Of a DNA stretch of 37,164 nt, positions 17,757-26,706 are shown piece after piece (the first letter of the stretch is position 1; each line of letters opens with the position of its first letter). The notes beneath the pieces were generated by a model. That model ran no database searches and was not told the DNA's origin. It worked only from the letters and a program-made list of their open reading frames with translations. The DNA lies in the IMG/VR virus record IMGVR_UViG_2541047856_000006; one strand, 5' to 3'. The translations under genes were made by a program, and so were the position numbers. Origin of the DNA: a virus. Lineage: Duplodnaviria; Heunggongvirae; Uroviricota; Caudoviricetes.

Positions 17757-18210
17757 TTCCCTGCGTGAAGCCATGACCCGTTCATGCCGATGGTGTCAGG
17801 CCAACCCGGAAAAATTCACCATTTTCGTGGAGAGCGGCAACATTGAAACGACCGGAGAAACGCCCTCGTTTGTTTACCGCTATCAGATGGTGATGTTTGT
17901 CATGGATTACGCCGGGGAGCTGGACGACCTCACGCTGCCGCTACTGGCGTGGTTATCCGAAAATCAGCCACAGTTGTTGCTCAATCCGGAGCGTAATCAG
18001 GACATCAAATTCTCCGCCGTTATCAATGACGATGACAGCGCCGATCTCCTGTTTACGCTCCCCCTGCGGGAACGCGTTCGCATTACGCGCAGCAGTCAGG
18101 GGACACCGCAGGCAGAGCACCTGCCGGAGCCAAAACCCCGTCTGCCATCTTCCGAAGGCGACTGGTCGCATATATTCCAGGATGTGACGTGGGGTGAAAG
18201 CGATGGATAA
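17743..18210 (+). CDS. R: Tail completion protein (gpR-like)
   Basis: 155 aa, the same size as P2 R, at the conserved position after the lysis genes. Confidence 0.7.
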   Translation: MLKTDSLREAMTRSCRWCQANPEKFTIFVESGNIETTGETPSFVYRYQMVMFVMDYAGELDDLTLPLLAWLSENQPQLLLNPERNQDIKFSAVINDDDSADLLFTLPLRERVRITRSSQGTPQAEHLPEPKPRLPSSEGDWSHIFQDVTWGESDG

Positions 18211-18838
18211 GGCATTCACCCGTGTGGATGAAACCTTTGAGGCCATCCGCGACAGCCTGAATCAGCAGGCCATCAATAACATCGCCAGAAAGCTGGCACA
18301 GGATTTACGCCGCGCCCAGCAGGCGCGCATCCGGTCACAGAAAGCGCCGGACGGGACCGCATGGACACCACGCAGACGCCGCGTAACCCGGATACAGGAG
18401 CGCATTCGCTTTATCTGGAATAACGAAGCACGCACGCTGAAAAACTGGCATCACGACACGGGGAAATACGGGCGAACCATTACCGGGTGGGATGAGGATA
18501 AAAACAATATCCGCACGTTTTACCGGGATGACATCGACCGTTTTCTGGAAATACGCACCCGGCGCATCAACCAGGACAGCACAAAGCGCGTCCCCATGTT
18601 CGTAAAACTGCGCACCGCCCGCTACCTGAAAGCCCGTGCAGATGCTTCCGGTGTGACGGTGGGTTACAGCGGCGTGGCCGCACGTATTGCACGCGTTCAT
18701 CAGTTCGGTGAGCGCGATCAGGTTGCGCCGGGCATTTTCACCGATTACCCGGTACGTGAGCTGCTGGGTATCAGCCAGGCAGATGAGCGCCTGATTTATA
18801 ACACGGTGCTGGGCCGGATTGCGGAGGCTGTACGGTGA
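18203..18838 (+). CDS. S: Tail completion/virion morphogenesis protein (gpS-like)
   Basis: ATG at 18203 overlaps the R stop; longer (~211 aa) than remembered for P2 S. Confidence 0.6.
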   Translation: MDKAFTRVDETFEAIRDSLNQQAINNIARKLAQDLRRAQQARIRSQKAPDGTAWTPRRRRVTRIQERIRFIWNNEARTLKNWHHDTGKYGRTITGWDEDKNNIRTFYRDDIDRFLEIRTRRINQDSTKRVPMFVKLRTARYLKARADASGVTVGYSGVAARIARVHQFGERDQVAPGIFTDYPVRELLGISQADERLIYNTVLGRIAEAVR

Positions 18839-19416
18839 GCGCAGAACTCATGCGACTGCTGAGCAACATCATCCGTACCGGGATCATCTCTGAAGTTGAT
18901 GAGGAATCCTGGTGCGTGCGCGTTCGCAGCGGCGAACTGGAAACAGGCTGGCTGCGCTGGAACACCACGCGCGCGGGAGCCTTCAATGTGTGGCTGCCGC
19001 CATCACCAGGCGAACAGGTGGTAATTGCCTGCATTGGCGGCAACCCGGAAACCGCCATGATAATTGGCAGCCTGTGGAGTGATGCCAGTCCGGCCCCCGG
19101 CAAAAGCCTGAAAGAAATCGTGATCAGCGCGCCGGATGGCGCGGTGTTCCGCTACGACGCGGACGCAGGCGCACTGAGCGCCAGCGGCATGAAAACGGCC
19201 ACTTTACAGGCATCCGTCAGCGTGACACTGGACACGCCCGTCGTGGAATGCACAAACCTTCTGAGAACAGCGACGCTTGACGTCACAAAAGGAGGAAAGA
19301 TGAGCGGCAATATCACGCACAGCGGCGGCGATTTCACCTCAAACGGCATCACAGTGCATACGCATAAACACGGTGGCGTGAAAGGTGGCAGCGATTCGAC
19401 AGGAGGCCCGCAGTGA
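18835..19416 (+). CDS. V: Baseplate spike/assembly protein (gpV-like)
   Basis: 193 aa with a Gly-rich C-terminal tip (HSGGDFTSNGITVHTHKHGG); position before W/J/I. Confidence 0.82.
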   Translation: MSAELMRLLSNIIRTGIISEVDEESWCVRVRSGELETGWLRWNTTRAGAFNVWLPPSPGEQVVIACIGGNPETAMIIGSLWSDASPAPGKSLKEIVISAPDGAVFRYDADAGALSASGMKTATLQASVSVTLDTPVVECTNLLRTATLDVTKGGKMSGNITHSGGDFTSNGITVHTHKHGGVKGGSDSTGGPQ

Positions 19417-19763
19417 CAACCCGCTACACAGGAATGAACCCGGACGGGACGGGAAACCTGAACGATATGGAGCACCTGAAACAGTCAGTCAGGGATATCC
19501 TGACCACCCCGCTGGCAAGCCGGGTTATGCGACGGGAATATGGCAGCCTTGTGCCTGATTTGATTGACGAACCCATGAATAACACCACACGTCTGCAATG
19601 CATGAGTGCTGCCGTGATTGCGCTGACACGATGGGAACCCCGCATTGCCCTGGATGCCATCGACGTTGTCTGGAAAGCGGGAGGCCGCGCCGGGGTGACG
19701 CTGTCGGGCACTGTCATGCAGACCATGCAGAATGTTGAGTTAACCATCACGCTGAAGGAGTAA
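19413..19763 (+). CDS. W: Baseplate protein (gpW-like)
   Basis: 116 aa; overlapping start; conserved order. Confidence 0.8.
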   Translation: MTTRYTGMNPDGTGNLNDMEHLKQSVRDILTTPLASRVMRREYGSLVPDLIDEPMNNTTRLQCMSAAVIALTRWEPRIALDAIDVVWKAGGRAGVTLSGTVMQTMQNVELTITLKE

Positions 19764-19766
19764 ATC

Positions 19767-20663
19767 ATGCCCGCCGTTGACCTTTCCCAGTTACCGGAAC
19801 CCGCCATCATCGCGGAGCCTGACTTTGAGGCAATTCTGGCTGACACAAAGGCCATGATGATTGCGGCTTATCCCGCCGAACAGCGTGAAGCCGTCTCCGC
19901 CGCGCTGGAGCTGGAATCGGAACCCCTGAACGTTATCGCCCAGACAACAGCGTTTCGTGAAATGCTGTTACGCCAGCGGGTCAATGAGGGGGCACGCGCC
20001 TGCATGTTAAGCCACAGCGCCGGGACAGACCTGGACAACCTCGCGGGCAATATGAACACAAAGCGCCTGACCATCACTCCGGCAACGGATACCACCGACG
20101 CAGTGATGGAAAGTGACACCTCGCTGAGACTGCGGGCACAGCGGGCGTACGATGGCCTGAGTGTTGCTGGCCCGTCAGGTGCATACGAGTATTTTGCCCG
20201 CAGCGCCAGCGGTCTGGTGCGTGATGCGCGGGCTATCAGTCCGTCTCCGGCAAATGTGACGGTTTCCATCCTGTCCACTGAAGGCGACGGCACAGCAACG
20301 GAGGCGTTGCTTAATACCGTTCGCGCCGTTCTGAATGCAGAGGATACCCGCCCGGTGGCCGACCGCCTTACTGTACAGAGCGCCAGAATCGTGACATGGC
20401 GGCTGAATGCAAAACTGTACTTTTACCCCGGCCCGGAATCCGAACCTATTCTGGCGGCGGCTGAATCGTCGTTCAGGAAGTGGCTGGCTGAGCAGGGGCT
20501 TATCGGTCAGGACGTGGCGTTGTCCGCCATTGCTGCCGCACTGCATGTGCACGGTGTGCAACGCGTGGAGATAATCGAACCCACACAGAATATGGCCATC
20601 AGCGACATACAGGCGGCGCGCTGTGAGTCGTTCACCATCAGCGAAGGTGGGCGCAATGAGTAA
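19767..20663 (+). CDS. J: Baseplate protein (gpJ-like)
   Basis: 298 aa; conserved order and size. Confidence 0.85.
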   Translation: MPAVDLSQLPEPAIIAEPDFEAILADTKAMMIAAYPAEQREAVSAALELESEPLNVIAQTTAFREMLLRQRVNEGARACMLSHSAGTDLDNLAGNMNTKRLTITPATDTTDAVMESDTSLRLRAQRAYDGLSVAGPSGAYEYFARSASGLVRDARAISPSPANVTVSILSTEGDGTATEALLNTVRAVLNAEDTRPVADRLTVQSARIVTWRLNAKLYFYPGPESEPILAAAESSFRKWLAEQGLIGQDVALSAIAAALHVHGVQRVEIIEPTQNMAISDIQAARCESFTISEGGRNE

Positions 20664-21186
20664 TTCACTGTTACCACCATCAGCCAGCAGTTTCATGCGT
20701 TGTGCCGAAGCTGTCGGAACGCGCATTACAGACATCCCGGTAGACCTCAACACGCTGTGGTCGCCGGACACCTGCCCGGTGCACCTGCTGCCTTATCTCG
20801 CCTGGGCATTTTCCGTTGACCGTTGGGATCGCAACTGGCCGGAAGAGACAAAACGACAGGTGATTCGTGATGCATGGCTGATACACCGACACAAAGGGAC
20901 CATCAGCGCACTGCGCAGGGCCATTGAGCCGCTGGGATACCTCATTCGCGTGTCTGAGTGGTGGGAGTTCGGCGGAGAACCGGGAACATTTACCGTTGAA
21001 GTCGGCACACTGGACAGTGGCGTGACGGAGGAAATGTATCTGGAAATGGAGCGGTTGATTGCTGATGCCCGTCCGGTCAGCCGCCACATGACAGGGCTGA
21101 ATATCATTCAGGAAATTCCGGGGGATATTTTTGCAGCGGCGGCAACTTATGACGGTGAAGTTATTACCATTTATCCGGACGATTAA
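20656..21186 (+). CDS. I: Baseplate/tail protein (gpI-like)
   Basis: ATG at 20656 overlaps the J stop; ~176 aa, as in P2. Confidence 0.8.
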   Translation: MSNSLLPPSASSFMRCAEAVGTRITDIPVDLNTLWSPDTCPVHLLPYLAWAFSVDRWDRNWPEETKRQVIRDAWLIHRHKGTISALRRAIEPLGYLIRVSEWWEFGGEPGTFTVEVGTLDSGVTEEMYLEMERLIADARPVSRHMTGLNIIQEIPGDIFAAAATYDGEVITIYPDD

Positions 21187-21188
21187 GC

Positions 21189-23423
21189 ATGAGTACCACA
21201 ACACGAAAATTTAAAACCGTTATCACCGATACAGGTGCCAAAAAATTAGCTCAGGCAGCCGCTCCAGATGGTAAGCCTGTCCGCCTGACTCATATGGCCG
21301 TGGGCGACGGTGGCGGCACGTTGCCCACACCAGACAGTAAGCAGACCCGTCTGGTGCATGAGGTGTGGCGACACACTGTTAATCGCGTCATCCTGGACGC
21401 AACACATCAGAACCGCATTATTGCGGAGCTGGTTATTCCTCCTGAAACGGGCGGATTCTGGATCCGGGAAATTGGTGTATTTGATGAGCACGGCGATTTA
21501 ATCGCGGTGGGCAATACTGCCGAAAGTTACAAACCAACCGTTGCCGAAGGGTCCGGACGTGCACAAACATTTCGCACCATTCTGACCGTATCCAGCACGG
21601 CCACCGTGGCGCTTACCGTGGATAACACCATGGTGATGGCCACAGTGGATTACGTGGATGACAAACTGAAAGAGCATGAACAGTCACGACGTCACCCGGA
21701 CGCCTCGCTGACCGCAAAAGGCTTTGTTCAACTCAGTAGCGCCACTAACAGCGTGTCTGAAACGCAGGCTGCAACGCCGAAAGCGGTTAAGGCCGCGTAT
21801 GACCTTGCTAACGCAAAATATACCGCTCAGGACGCCACGACGGCACGAAAAGGCCTTGTCCAGCTCAGTAGCGCCACCAACAGCACGTCTGAAACGCAGG
21901 CTGCAACGCCGAAAGCAGTAAAGGCCGCGTATGACCTTGCTAACGCAAAATATACCGCTCAGGACGCCACGACGGCACAAAAAGGGATAGTCCAGCTCAG
22001 TAGTGCCACCAACAGCACGTCTGAAACACTGGCCGCGACATCGAAAGCGGTTAAGGCGGTAATGGATGAAACGAACAAGAAAGCGCCCTTAAACAGTCCT
22101 GCGTTGACCGGAACGCCAACAACGCCAACTGCGCGACAGGGAACGAATAATACCCAAATCGCAAGCACGGCTTTCGTTATGGCTGCGATTGCCGCCCTTG
22201 TAGATTCGTCACCTGACGCACTGAATACGCTGAACGAGTTAGCGGCGGCGCTGGGAAACGACCCGAATTTTGCGACCACCATGACTAACGCGCTTGCGGG
22301 TAAGCAACCGAAAGATGCCACCCTGACGGCGCTGGCCGGGCTTGCTACTGCGGCAGACAGGTTTCCGTATTTTACGGGGAATGATGTTGCCAGTCTGGCA
22401 ACCCTGACAGAAGTCGGGCGGGATATTCTTGCGAAATCGACCGTTGCCGCTGTTATCGAATACCTCGGTTTACAGGAAACGGTAAATCAGGCTTCTGGCG
22501 CATTACAGAAAAAACAGAACGGCGCAGATATTCCGGGAAAAGATACCTTCACCAAAAATATTGGGGCCTGTCGCGCATATAGCGCATGGCTGAATATTGG
22601 TGGCGATAGTCAGGTCTGGACAACTGCGCAATTTATTTCGTGGCTGGAGAGTCAGGGGGCATTTAACCATCCTTACTGGATGTGCAAAGGCTCATGGGCT
22701 TATGCAAATAATAAGGTCATTACAGATACAGGTTGCGGAAATATTTGTCTTGCAGGTGCTGTGGTGGAAGTTATTGGCACCCGCGGCGCAATGACCATAC
22801 GCGTTACCACGCCGAGCACGTCCAGCGGTGGCGGAATCACTAACGCTCAATTCACTTATATTAATCATGGTGATGCTTACGCTCCTGGCTGGCGACGAGA
22901 CTACAACACGAAAAACCAGCAGCCTGCATTTGCTTTAGGGCAAACAGGACGCAGGGTCGCAAATGATAAAGCTGTTGGCTGGAACTGGAATAGCGGCGTT
23001 TATGATGCAGATATCAGTGGCGCATCGACATTAATCCTCCACTTTAATATGAATGCGGGGAGTTGCCCTGCTGTACAGTTCCGCGTGAATTACAGAAATG
23101 GCGGTATCTTTTATCGTTCAGCGCGTGATGGTTATGGCTTTGAAGCTAACTGGTCAGAGTTTTACACCACAACACGCAAACCCTCTGCGGGAGATGTTGG
23201 TGCATATACGCAGGCAGAATGTAACTCAAGGTTTATTACAGGTATTCGCCTTGGCGGTCTGTCATCTGTTCAGACATGGAATGGTCCTGGCTGGTCTGAC
23301 AGGTCAGGTTATGTCGTTACTGGTTCAGTTAACGGAAACCGTGATGAATTAATTGATACAACTCAGGCAAGGCCAATTCAGTATTGCATTAATGGAACGT
23401 GGTATAACGCGGGGAGTATTTAA
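21189..23423 (+). CDS. H: Tail fibre protein (gpH-like), constant N-terminal part plus currently expressed variable C-terminal part
   Basis: 744 aa with three tandem ~43-aa repeats (VQLSSATNS.SET.AAT.KAVKA...); a recombination site lies inside the gene at 22453..22478. Confidence 0.9.
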   Translation: MSTTTRKFKTVITDTGAKKLAQAAAPDGKPVRLTHMAVGDGGGTLPTPDSKQTRLVHEVWRHTVNRVILDATHQNRIIAELVIPPETGGFWIREIGVFDEHGDLIAVGNTAESYKPTVAEGSGRAQTFRTILTVSSTATVALTVDNTMVMATVDYVDDKLKEHEQSRRHPDASLTAKGFVQLSSATNSVSETQAATPKAVKAAYDLANAKYTAQDATTARKGLVQLSSATNSTSETQAATPKAVKAAYDLANAKYTAQDATTAQKGIVQLSSATNSTSETLAATSKAVKAVMDETNKKAPLNSPALTGTPTTPTARQGTNNTQIASTAFVMAAIAALVDSSPDALNTLNELAAALGNDPNFATTMTNALAGKQPKDATLTALAGLATAADRFPYFTGNDVASLATLTEVGRDILAKSTVAAVIEYLGLQETVNQASGALQKKQNGADIPGKDTFTKNIGACRAYSAWLNIGGDSQVWTTAQFISWLESQGAFNHPYWMCKGSWAYANNKVITDTGCGNICLAGAVVEVIGTRGAMTIRVTTPSTSSGGGITNAQFTYINHGDAYAPGWRRDYNTKNQQPAFALGQTGRRVANDKAVGWNWNSGVYDADISGASTLILHFNMNAGSCPAVQFRVNYRNGGIFYRSARDGYGFEANWSEFYTTTRKPSAGDVGAYTQAECNSRFITGIRLGGLSSVQTWNGPGWSDRSGYVVTGSVNGNRDELIDTTQARPIQYCINGTWYNAGSI
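21717..22080 (+). repeat. Tandem ~129-bp repeats (about 2.8 copies) inside H
   Basis: Near-identical nucleotide blocks encode KG(F/L/I)VQLSSATNS(V/T)SETQAATPKAVKAAYDLANAKYTAQDATTA(R/Q); they also generate spurious antisense ORFs. Confidence 0.85.
22453..22478. other. Invertase crossover site (gix/hix-like), left
   Basis: TTATCGAATACCTCGGTTTACAGGAA inside H; inverted copy of the site at 25503..25528; matches the remembered Gin/Hin recombination-site consensus. Confidence 0.85.
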
Positions 23424-23425
23424 TT

Positions 23426-23959
23426 ATGATGCACTTAAAAAATATTACTGCTGGCAACCCTAAAACAAAAGAGCAATACCAGCTAACAAAGCAATTTAAC
23501 ATCAAATGGCTTTATTCAGATGATGGAAAAAACTGGTATGAGGAACAAAAGAATTTCCAGCCAGACACTTTGAAAATGGTCTATGACCATAACGGCGTTA
23601 TTATTTGTATTGAAAAGGATGTTTCAGCAATTAATCCGGAAGGCGCAAGCGTCGTTGAATTACCTGATATTACAGCAAATCGCCGGGCTGATATTTCGGG
23701 TAAATGGATGTTCAAAGATGGCGTAGTGATAAAGCGAACTTATACCGAGGAGGAACAGAGGCAGCAGGCAGAGAATGAAAAGCAAAGCCTGTTGCAACTT
23801 GTCAGGGATAAAACCCAGCTATGGGACTCACAGCTACGGCTGGGTATCATTTCCGACGAGAATAAACAAAAATTAACCGAGTGGATGCTCTATGCGCAGA
23901 AGGTCGAATCCACAGACACCTCCAGCCTGCCAGTAACGTTTCCAGAACAACCAGAATGA
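23426..23959 (+). CDS. G: Tail fibre assembly chaperone (gpG-like), expressed orientation
   Basis: 177 aa directly after H; paralogous to the minus-strand ORF at 23988..24515 (shared ...[12 protein letters not shown]...DITANRRAD...GKWMFKDG...). Confidence 0.8.
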   Translation: MMHLKNITAGNPKTKEQYQLTKQFNIKWLYSDDGKNWYEEQKNFQPDTLKMVYDHNGVIICIEKDVSAINPEGASVVELPDITANRRADISGKWMFKDGVVIKRTYTEEEQRQQAENEKQSLLQLVRDKTQLWDSQLRLGIISDENKQKLTEWMLYAQKVESTDTSSLPVTFPEQPE

Positions 23960-23987
23960 AACAAGGCCCGCTATCGGGCCTTAATTT

Positions 23988-24515
23988 TTATTCAGGCTTT
24001 TGTGGCCATTCAGGATTTGCCGTATCCACACGGCTGACCAGAACACTGTAGCGTTCCCATGACTCCAATCGTGTGCGTTCCTCTTCCGTCGCCATATTCA
24101 GCCTGACAGCGCGTTCCAGTGGCTGAATAACGTTTTCTGCTTCGGAAAGTAACGCAGCCTTTTGTGATTCGGCCTGTTGTTGTTGCTCGTCTGCCGTATA
24201 AATCCGTTTAACCACAGCTCCGTCCTTAAACATCCACTTACCGGAATCATCAGCACGACGATTAGCTGTAATATCAGGAACCTCAACGACGCTATAACCT
24301 TCAGGGTTAAGCGTGGAGGCATCTTTGGTGATGGCGACAATAATATTATTTGCATCGTAAACAATCTTTATTGTGTCTGGCTGAAAGTTTTTCACTTCCT
24401 CATACCAGTTTTTTCCGTCTTCGGACCATAACCAGATAACATCAAAATTCTTTGTTAGCTGATATTGTTCTTTTGTTTTTGGATTTCCAGACTTAATATT
24501 TTTTAAATGCTGCAT
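23988..24515 (-). CDS. Alternative tail fibre assembly chaperone (G')
   Basis: 175 aa paralogue of G in inverted orientation, within the invertible segment. Confidence 0.8.
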   Translation of the reverse strand: MQHLKNIKSGNPKTKEQYQLTKNFDVIWLWSEDGKNWYEEVKNFQPDTIKIVYDANNIIVAITKDASTLNPEGYSVVEVPDITANRRADDSGKWMFKDGAVVKRIYTADEQQQQAESQKAALLSEAENVIQPLERAVRLNMATEEERTRLESWERYSVLVSRVDTANPEWPQKPE

Positions 24516-24518
24516 AAA

Positions 24519-25511
24519 TTACACCTGTGCGACGTTATACCATGTGCCATTGATGTATTTTTGTATTGGTCTGAATACTGCCGGATCATCGCCATCAACT
24601 TCACCGACAATGCCAAGCCCCGTAATTGCATGACCTGATTTCTCATACATCACGCCTTTTTGCATAGTCTGAACAACACGTGTGCCAAGTCGGACATCTC
24701 TCACATAACGTGAGTCAAAATTACCATAATTGCCGGGAATAACTTGCGCACCGCAAAGCCAGTTCCCGTTATTATCCATGTACGCCTGACCATCGGTGCC
24801 ATTGGCTGTCCTTGAGTTATTAATCATGTAGATGCCAAATTGCTTGTTCCCCAGTCCACCTATCATGAACTTTCGGTCGGCGTGATTCTGGCGAAGTAAC
24901 GCCTGAGCGCTATCAGTGTTAACTATATTTTTCCCAAAGATAGCGTTGTTATCGCGCATCTGAATCCACATACCATTACTGCTGTTAATAGCAAAACGGT
25001 CTGAAAGTGTCTCCCCTGAAACATTAAGGCCACGCCCCATCGAAACAGCGCCAGTAGCGTTATTAATCCATAATGGCCTTAATCCGTTATAAGTCCCCAT
25101 GTTGTCACCGGAGTTTGTCAACATGAAGTATGTATTTGAACCATCATTACGAATAAAGAATCCGTAATTACCATAAGCAATACGTAGGCCGTTTGCTGAT
25201 TTTGATATGACTTCGCCATTTACAATGGCATTGACAAGAACATACAAAGCATCCCATTTAAGATTCATCAGGTCTTTTGTTGTGGTGCTTTGTTTGCTTC
25301 TCCATTTGAAATATTCATTGCCGTTGTCGCCTGTTTCAAACCACATGTATGAATCAGTGTCACCATCGGCATCATTTTTAAATCCAATCTTCGCCCAGTC
25401 AGTATTTCGAATCCAGGCAAGGATTGAGTCATTTTCAAAAGTAAGCCCACCGGACAAGGTATCGCCATTTTTTTGCACGGCGTTACCAGCTCTGTTTACC
25501 GTTTCCTGCAA
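24519..25511 (-). CDS. Alternative tail-fibre C-terminal variable segment (promoterless H' cassette)
   Basis: Begins inside the right crossover site with MQETVN..., the same residues (LQETVN) found at the crossover point within H. It would fuse to the constant part of H after inversion. Confidence 0.8.
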   Translation of the reverse strand: MQETVNRAGNAVQKNGDTLSGGLTFENDSILAWIRNTDWAKIGFKNDADGDTDSYMWFETGDNGNEYFKWRSKQSTTTKDLMNLKWDALYVLVNAIVNGEVISKSANGLRIAYGNYGFFIRNDGSNTYFMLTNSGDNMGTYNGLRPLWINNATGAVSMGRGLNVSGETLSDRFAINSSNGMWIQMRDNNAIFGKNIVNTDSAQALLRQNHADRKFMIGGLGNKQFGIYMINNSRTANGTDGQAYMDNNGNWLCGAQVIPGNYGNFDSRYVRDVRLGTRVVQTMQKGVMYEKSGHAITGLGIVGEVDGDDPAVFRPIQKYINGTWYNVAQV

Positions 25512-25528
25512 ACCGAGGTTTTAGATAA
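25503..25528. other. Invertase crossover site (gix/hix-like), right
   Basis: TTCCTGCAAACCGAGGTTTTAGATAA, the inverted counterpart of 22453..22478, immediately upstream of the invertase gene. Confidence 0.85.
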
Positions 25529-25582
25529 TGGCCGTTTCTGACCTGCATGGCATGATTTACGCTTTTGGACGGGAGATTCAGC

Positions 25583-26170
25583 GTGCTGATTGGCTATGTA
25601 AGGGTATCAACAAATGACCAGAATACAGACCTGCAACGAAACGTTCTTGTTTGTGCAGGATGTGAACAAATATTTGAAGATAAATTAAGCGGGACAAAGA
25701 CAGACCGACCGGGATTAAAACGCGCTTTAAAGCGCCTTCAAAAAGGTGACACGCTGGTTGTCTGGAAACTGGATCGCCTCGGGCGAAGCATGAAACATCT
25801 GATTTCTCTCGTCGGGGAACTACGGGAGCGAGGGATTAATTTTCGCAGTCTGACCGACAGCATAGATACATCTTCTCCAATGGGGCGTTTTTTCTTCCAC
25901 GTGATGGGTGCCCTGGCTGAAATGGAACGTGAATTAATTGTTGAACGTACACTGGCCGGACTGGCAGCAGCGCGCGCACGGGGGCGCACAGGCGGACGTC
26001 GCCCGAAGCTGACAAAAGAACAGCATGAGCAAATAGCAAGGCTGATTAAAAACGGTCACGACAGAAAACAACTGGCAATAATTTACGGCATTGGTACATC
26101 GACGATTTATCGTTACCACCCCGCAGGAGAATCAAGCGGAACAATAGAGAAGAGTCAGAAAACAAAATAA
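25583..26170 (+). CDS. Serine-recombinase DNA invertase (Hin/Gin/Cin family)
   Basis: MLIGYVRVSTNDQNTDLQRN...LVVWKLDRLGRS...GRFFFHVMGALAEMERELI... with a C-terminal helix-turn-helix. Start taken at the GTG at 25583 (ORF frame begins at 25565). Confidence 0.93.
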   Translation: MLIGYVRVSTNDQNTDLQRNVLVCAGCEQIFEDKLSGTKTDRPGLKRALKRLQKGDTLVVWKLDRLGRSMKHLISLVGELRERGINFRSLTDSIDTSSPMGRFFFHVMGALAEMERELIVERTLAGLAAARARGRTGGRRPKLTKEQHEQIARLIKNGHDRKQLAIIYGIGTSTIYRYHPAGESSGTIEKSQKTK

Positions 26171-26198
26171 CCGCTAATCTGACCATTAGCGGTTTTTG
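26171..26198 (+). terminator. Rho-independent terminator after the invertase gene
   Basis: CCGCTAAT-ctgacc-ATTAGCGG followed by TTTTT. Confidence 0.7.
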
Positions 26199-26205
26199 TG
26201 TTAAA

Positions 26206-26700
26206 TCAGAACAGCCCTTTAACTGAACTGGCCGCGCTGTTAAGAGATGATGTCACCTTATCTTTGAAGCCGGACAGCATATCGCTGAACGATGAGGATT
26301 GCAGGCGCTCCCGCAAATCCTCATCACAGCGTTCAAGGGTCAGTGAAAATTCTATCTTTTTCGCCTTACCGTAGCGATCAAACTCGGAACGGGTCGTATT
26401 CGTTCCGGTCAGGACATACATGCCGTAAATCTGCCCGACGCCATCAATCAAAGGCCAGGGTCGTCCTGTATACGCCTGCGTGGTCAGCAGCGACAGCGAC
26501 ACTTCGCCACCTGTAATTTCAGGATAAAGCACACCAGAAAGAACGATGCGATCATCACCTGCACCGATATACTGCCAGCTTGCTGAACGGTTAACGCGTT
26601 CATTTTTCACATGCCGCCAGCTTTTGTTTTGCTGTAACTGCTGATGCGGCAGCGTGCGCAGCTCAAAAACAAACATGCCGTAGATCATCATCATGGCCAT
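26206..26700 (-). CDS. U: Tail protein gpU-like
   Basis: 164 aa directly downstream of the tape measure gene on the same strand; size matches P2 U. Confidence 0.75.
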   Translation of the reverse strand: MAMMMIYGMFVFELRTLPHQQLQQNKSWRHVKNERVNRSASWQYIGAGDDRIVLSGVLYPEITGGEVSLSLLTTQAYTGRPWPLIDGVGQIYGMYVLTGTNTTRSEFDRYGKAKKIEFSLTLERCDEDLRERLQSSSFSDMLSGFKDKVTSSLNSAASSVKGLF

Positions 26701-26706
26701 GACTCC

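Noticed and set aside
21684-21980. Antisense 98-aa ORF and sense 65-aa ORF with internally repeated sequence
   Set aside because: They arise from the tandem 129-bp repeats within the tail fibre gene H; the internal repetition is a by-product of the repeat, not an independent gene.
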